Shown: positions 31,035 to 32,000 of the stretch, one piece after another | Position numbering within the stretch: the first letter of the stretch is position 1 | Layout: every line of letters starts with the position of its first letter | Source: Telmatocola sphagniphila | Lineage (GTDB): Bacteria; Planctomycetota; Planctomycetia; Gemmatales; Gemmataceae | DNA: 32,000 nucleotides | Direction: 5' to 3' | Assembly: GCF_018398935.1 (NCBI RefSeq) | Contig: NZ_CP074694.1 | Location: 2,670,001-2,702,000, forward strand | Notes under the pieces: model-generated | Seen by the model: the letters and a program-made list of their open reading frames with translations, nothing else | Told to the model about the DNA's origin: nothing | Databases searched by the model: none | Made by a program: the position numbers and the translations under genes

Positions 31035-32000
31035 ATGGATATCGTAACTGAAGAATTGATCGCTCGCCAACCCGCCGAAGCTCAGGCGATCATTCGTTTG
31101 CTTTTGGCCGAGGTTGCCAAACTGAAAGAGCAGTTGGCGCGAAATCCGGGCAATTCTTCGAAGCCGCCTTCGACGCAACATCCCCACGCCAAGCTTTCGA
31201 AGCAAGCGCTTAAGAAGGCCAAGCGGAAAGCGGGCGGTCAACCGGGACATACCAAGCACGAACGCTCTTTGGTATCGGTCGATCGCTGTATCGAAATGAT
31301 CTCCTGCAAGCCGACCGAATGCCGTCGGTGCGGCGAAGCGTTGAGCGGAACTGACCCCCAACCCCTGCGGCATCAAGTGTGGGAGATTCCCGAAATCCAG
31401 CCTTCGATCACCGAATATCAACTGCATCGGCTGCCTTGTTCCTGCGGCAAGACGACCTGCGGCGAATTGCCGGCGGGCGTTCCTTCCGGAGCGGCCGGAC
31501 CTCGATTGATCGCTTTGTCGTCTCTTTTAATGGTCTGTTTCCGACTCTCCAAGCGACGCTGCGCTCTGTTTCTGGAACAGATCCTGGGTCAGGAAGCTTC
31601 CGCCGCCTGGATGGTCAAACTTCAGAACCGGGCGTCCGAAGCTTTACAGCAGCCGTACCGGGAATTACAGCAGGCCTTGCCTGGGCAAGCGGTGGTTCAG
31701 GGCGACGAATCTCCCACCAAAGAAGGTCCGATCAAGGCTTGGACCTGGACTTTTGTCGCTCCCCGATTCACTCTGTTCGCCTGTCGGACCAGTCGCAAGG
31801 CCGAAGTAGTTCGCGAATTTCTCGGCCCAGCGTACTCGGGCATCTTGAACTGCGACCGGGCCAAAATGTACTGGGCTTTCGGACGCCTGCAATGGTGCTG
31901 GGCCCATCTGATCCGCGACTTCCAGAGCCTGATCGACCGGCCTTGTTCTGTGTCGAAGCGGTTGGGCCGGGACTTGCAACGGCAAACTCGAGCGATGTTC
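31035..32000 (+). CDS. IS66-family transposase, 3'-partial (runs off the window); not in the supplied ORF track
   Basis: My own translation from ATG 31035 is open for 322 codons to the window edge: MDIVTEELIARQ..LKEQLARNPGNSSKPPSTQHP..KRKAGGQPGHTKHERSL..CKPTECRRCGEAL..LPCSCGKTTCG..QGDESPTKEG..WTWTFV..NCDRAKMYW..LQWCWAHLIRDF. The NSSKPPS, GGQPGH, zinc-finger, DE(S/T)P and CWAHxxRxF motifs are IS66 TnpC hallmarks. Confidence 0.85.
   Translation, partial: MDIVTEELIARQPAEAQAIIRLLLAEVAKLKEQLARNPGNSSKPPSTQHPHAKLSKQALKKAKRKAGGQPGHTKHERSLVSVDRCIEMISCKPTECRRCGEALSGTDPQPLRHQVWEIPEIQPSITEYQLHRLPCSCGKTTCGELPAGVPSGAAGPRLIALSSLLMVCFRLSKRRCALFLEQILGQEASAAWMVKLQNRASEALQQPYRELQQALPGQAVVQGDESPTKEGPIKAWTWTFVAPRFTLFACRTSRKAEVVREFLGPAYSGILNCDRAKMYWAFGRLQWCWAHLIRDFQSLIDRPCSVSKRLGRDLQRQTRAMF
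31035..32000 (+). mobile_element. IS66-family insertion sequence; minimum extent only, with the left end unresolved and the right end outside the window
   Basis: Defined only by the transposase ORF. No tnpA or tnpB-like ORFs lie upstream. Without the right end I could not identify the terminal inverted repeat. Confidence 0.55.

Noticed and set aside
30969-31985. Minus-strand track ORFs 30969-31427 (152 aa) and 31665-31985 (106 aa).
   Set aside because: They are antisense shadows of the plus-strand IS66 transposase ORF (31035 onward), which carries unmistakable family motifs.

Overview
The window reads as an ordinary, gene-dense bacterial chromosomal segment, moderately GC-rich by eye. The protein features look Planctomycetota-like: many Ser/Thr kinases with an N-terminal LLTxYQ helix, an MGIQDRDYYR-type rhomboid, and Pro/Thr-rich linkers. 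That assignment is inference only, and every family call was made by eye from motifs, with no searches run.

Layout:
- 1-12.8 kb holds housekeeping and transport genes: valS (5' partial), truB, an ArsR-family regulator, an FmdB zinc-ribbon protein, a rhomboid-like membrane protein, tex, a DAACS symporter, a family-4 UDG, an aguB-like amidase and a cytochrome c'-like protein.
- 12.9-20.6 kb holds signalling genes: a Ser/Thr kinase fused to an HD-GYP domain, fliA, an orphan receiver, an rlmI-like methyltransferase, a secreted unknown protein and a membrane Ser/Thr kinase.
- 20.7-30.4 kb holds a Wzx/Wzy-type polysaccharide locus: GT2, a Gfo/Idh/MocA::SDR fusion and GT4 on the minus strand, divergent wzy-like and wzx genes, and a convergent Wzc/GumC-like gene.
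- An IS66-family transposase ORF begins at 31035 on the plus strand and runs off the window. It is absent from the supplied ORF track and was found by translating the sequence directly.

I found no rRNA, tRNA, CRISPR array, prophage or recognisable defence system, and no convincing wholly novel multi-gene system.

The observations most worth a second look:
- a kinase::HD-GYP fusion whose HD metal site looks degenerate;
- a rhomboid-fold protein that appears to lack the Ser/His dyad;
- a Wzc-like protein whose P-loop domain has lost Walker A, A' and B and the Tyr tail;
- a perfect 11.5-copy heptanucleotide array abutting the valS stop codon;
- lineage-specific insertions in ValRS and Tex;
- a 506-bp ORF-poor leader upstream of fliA.
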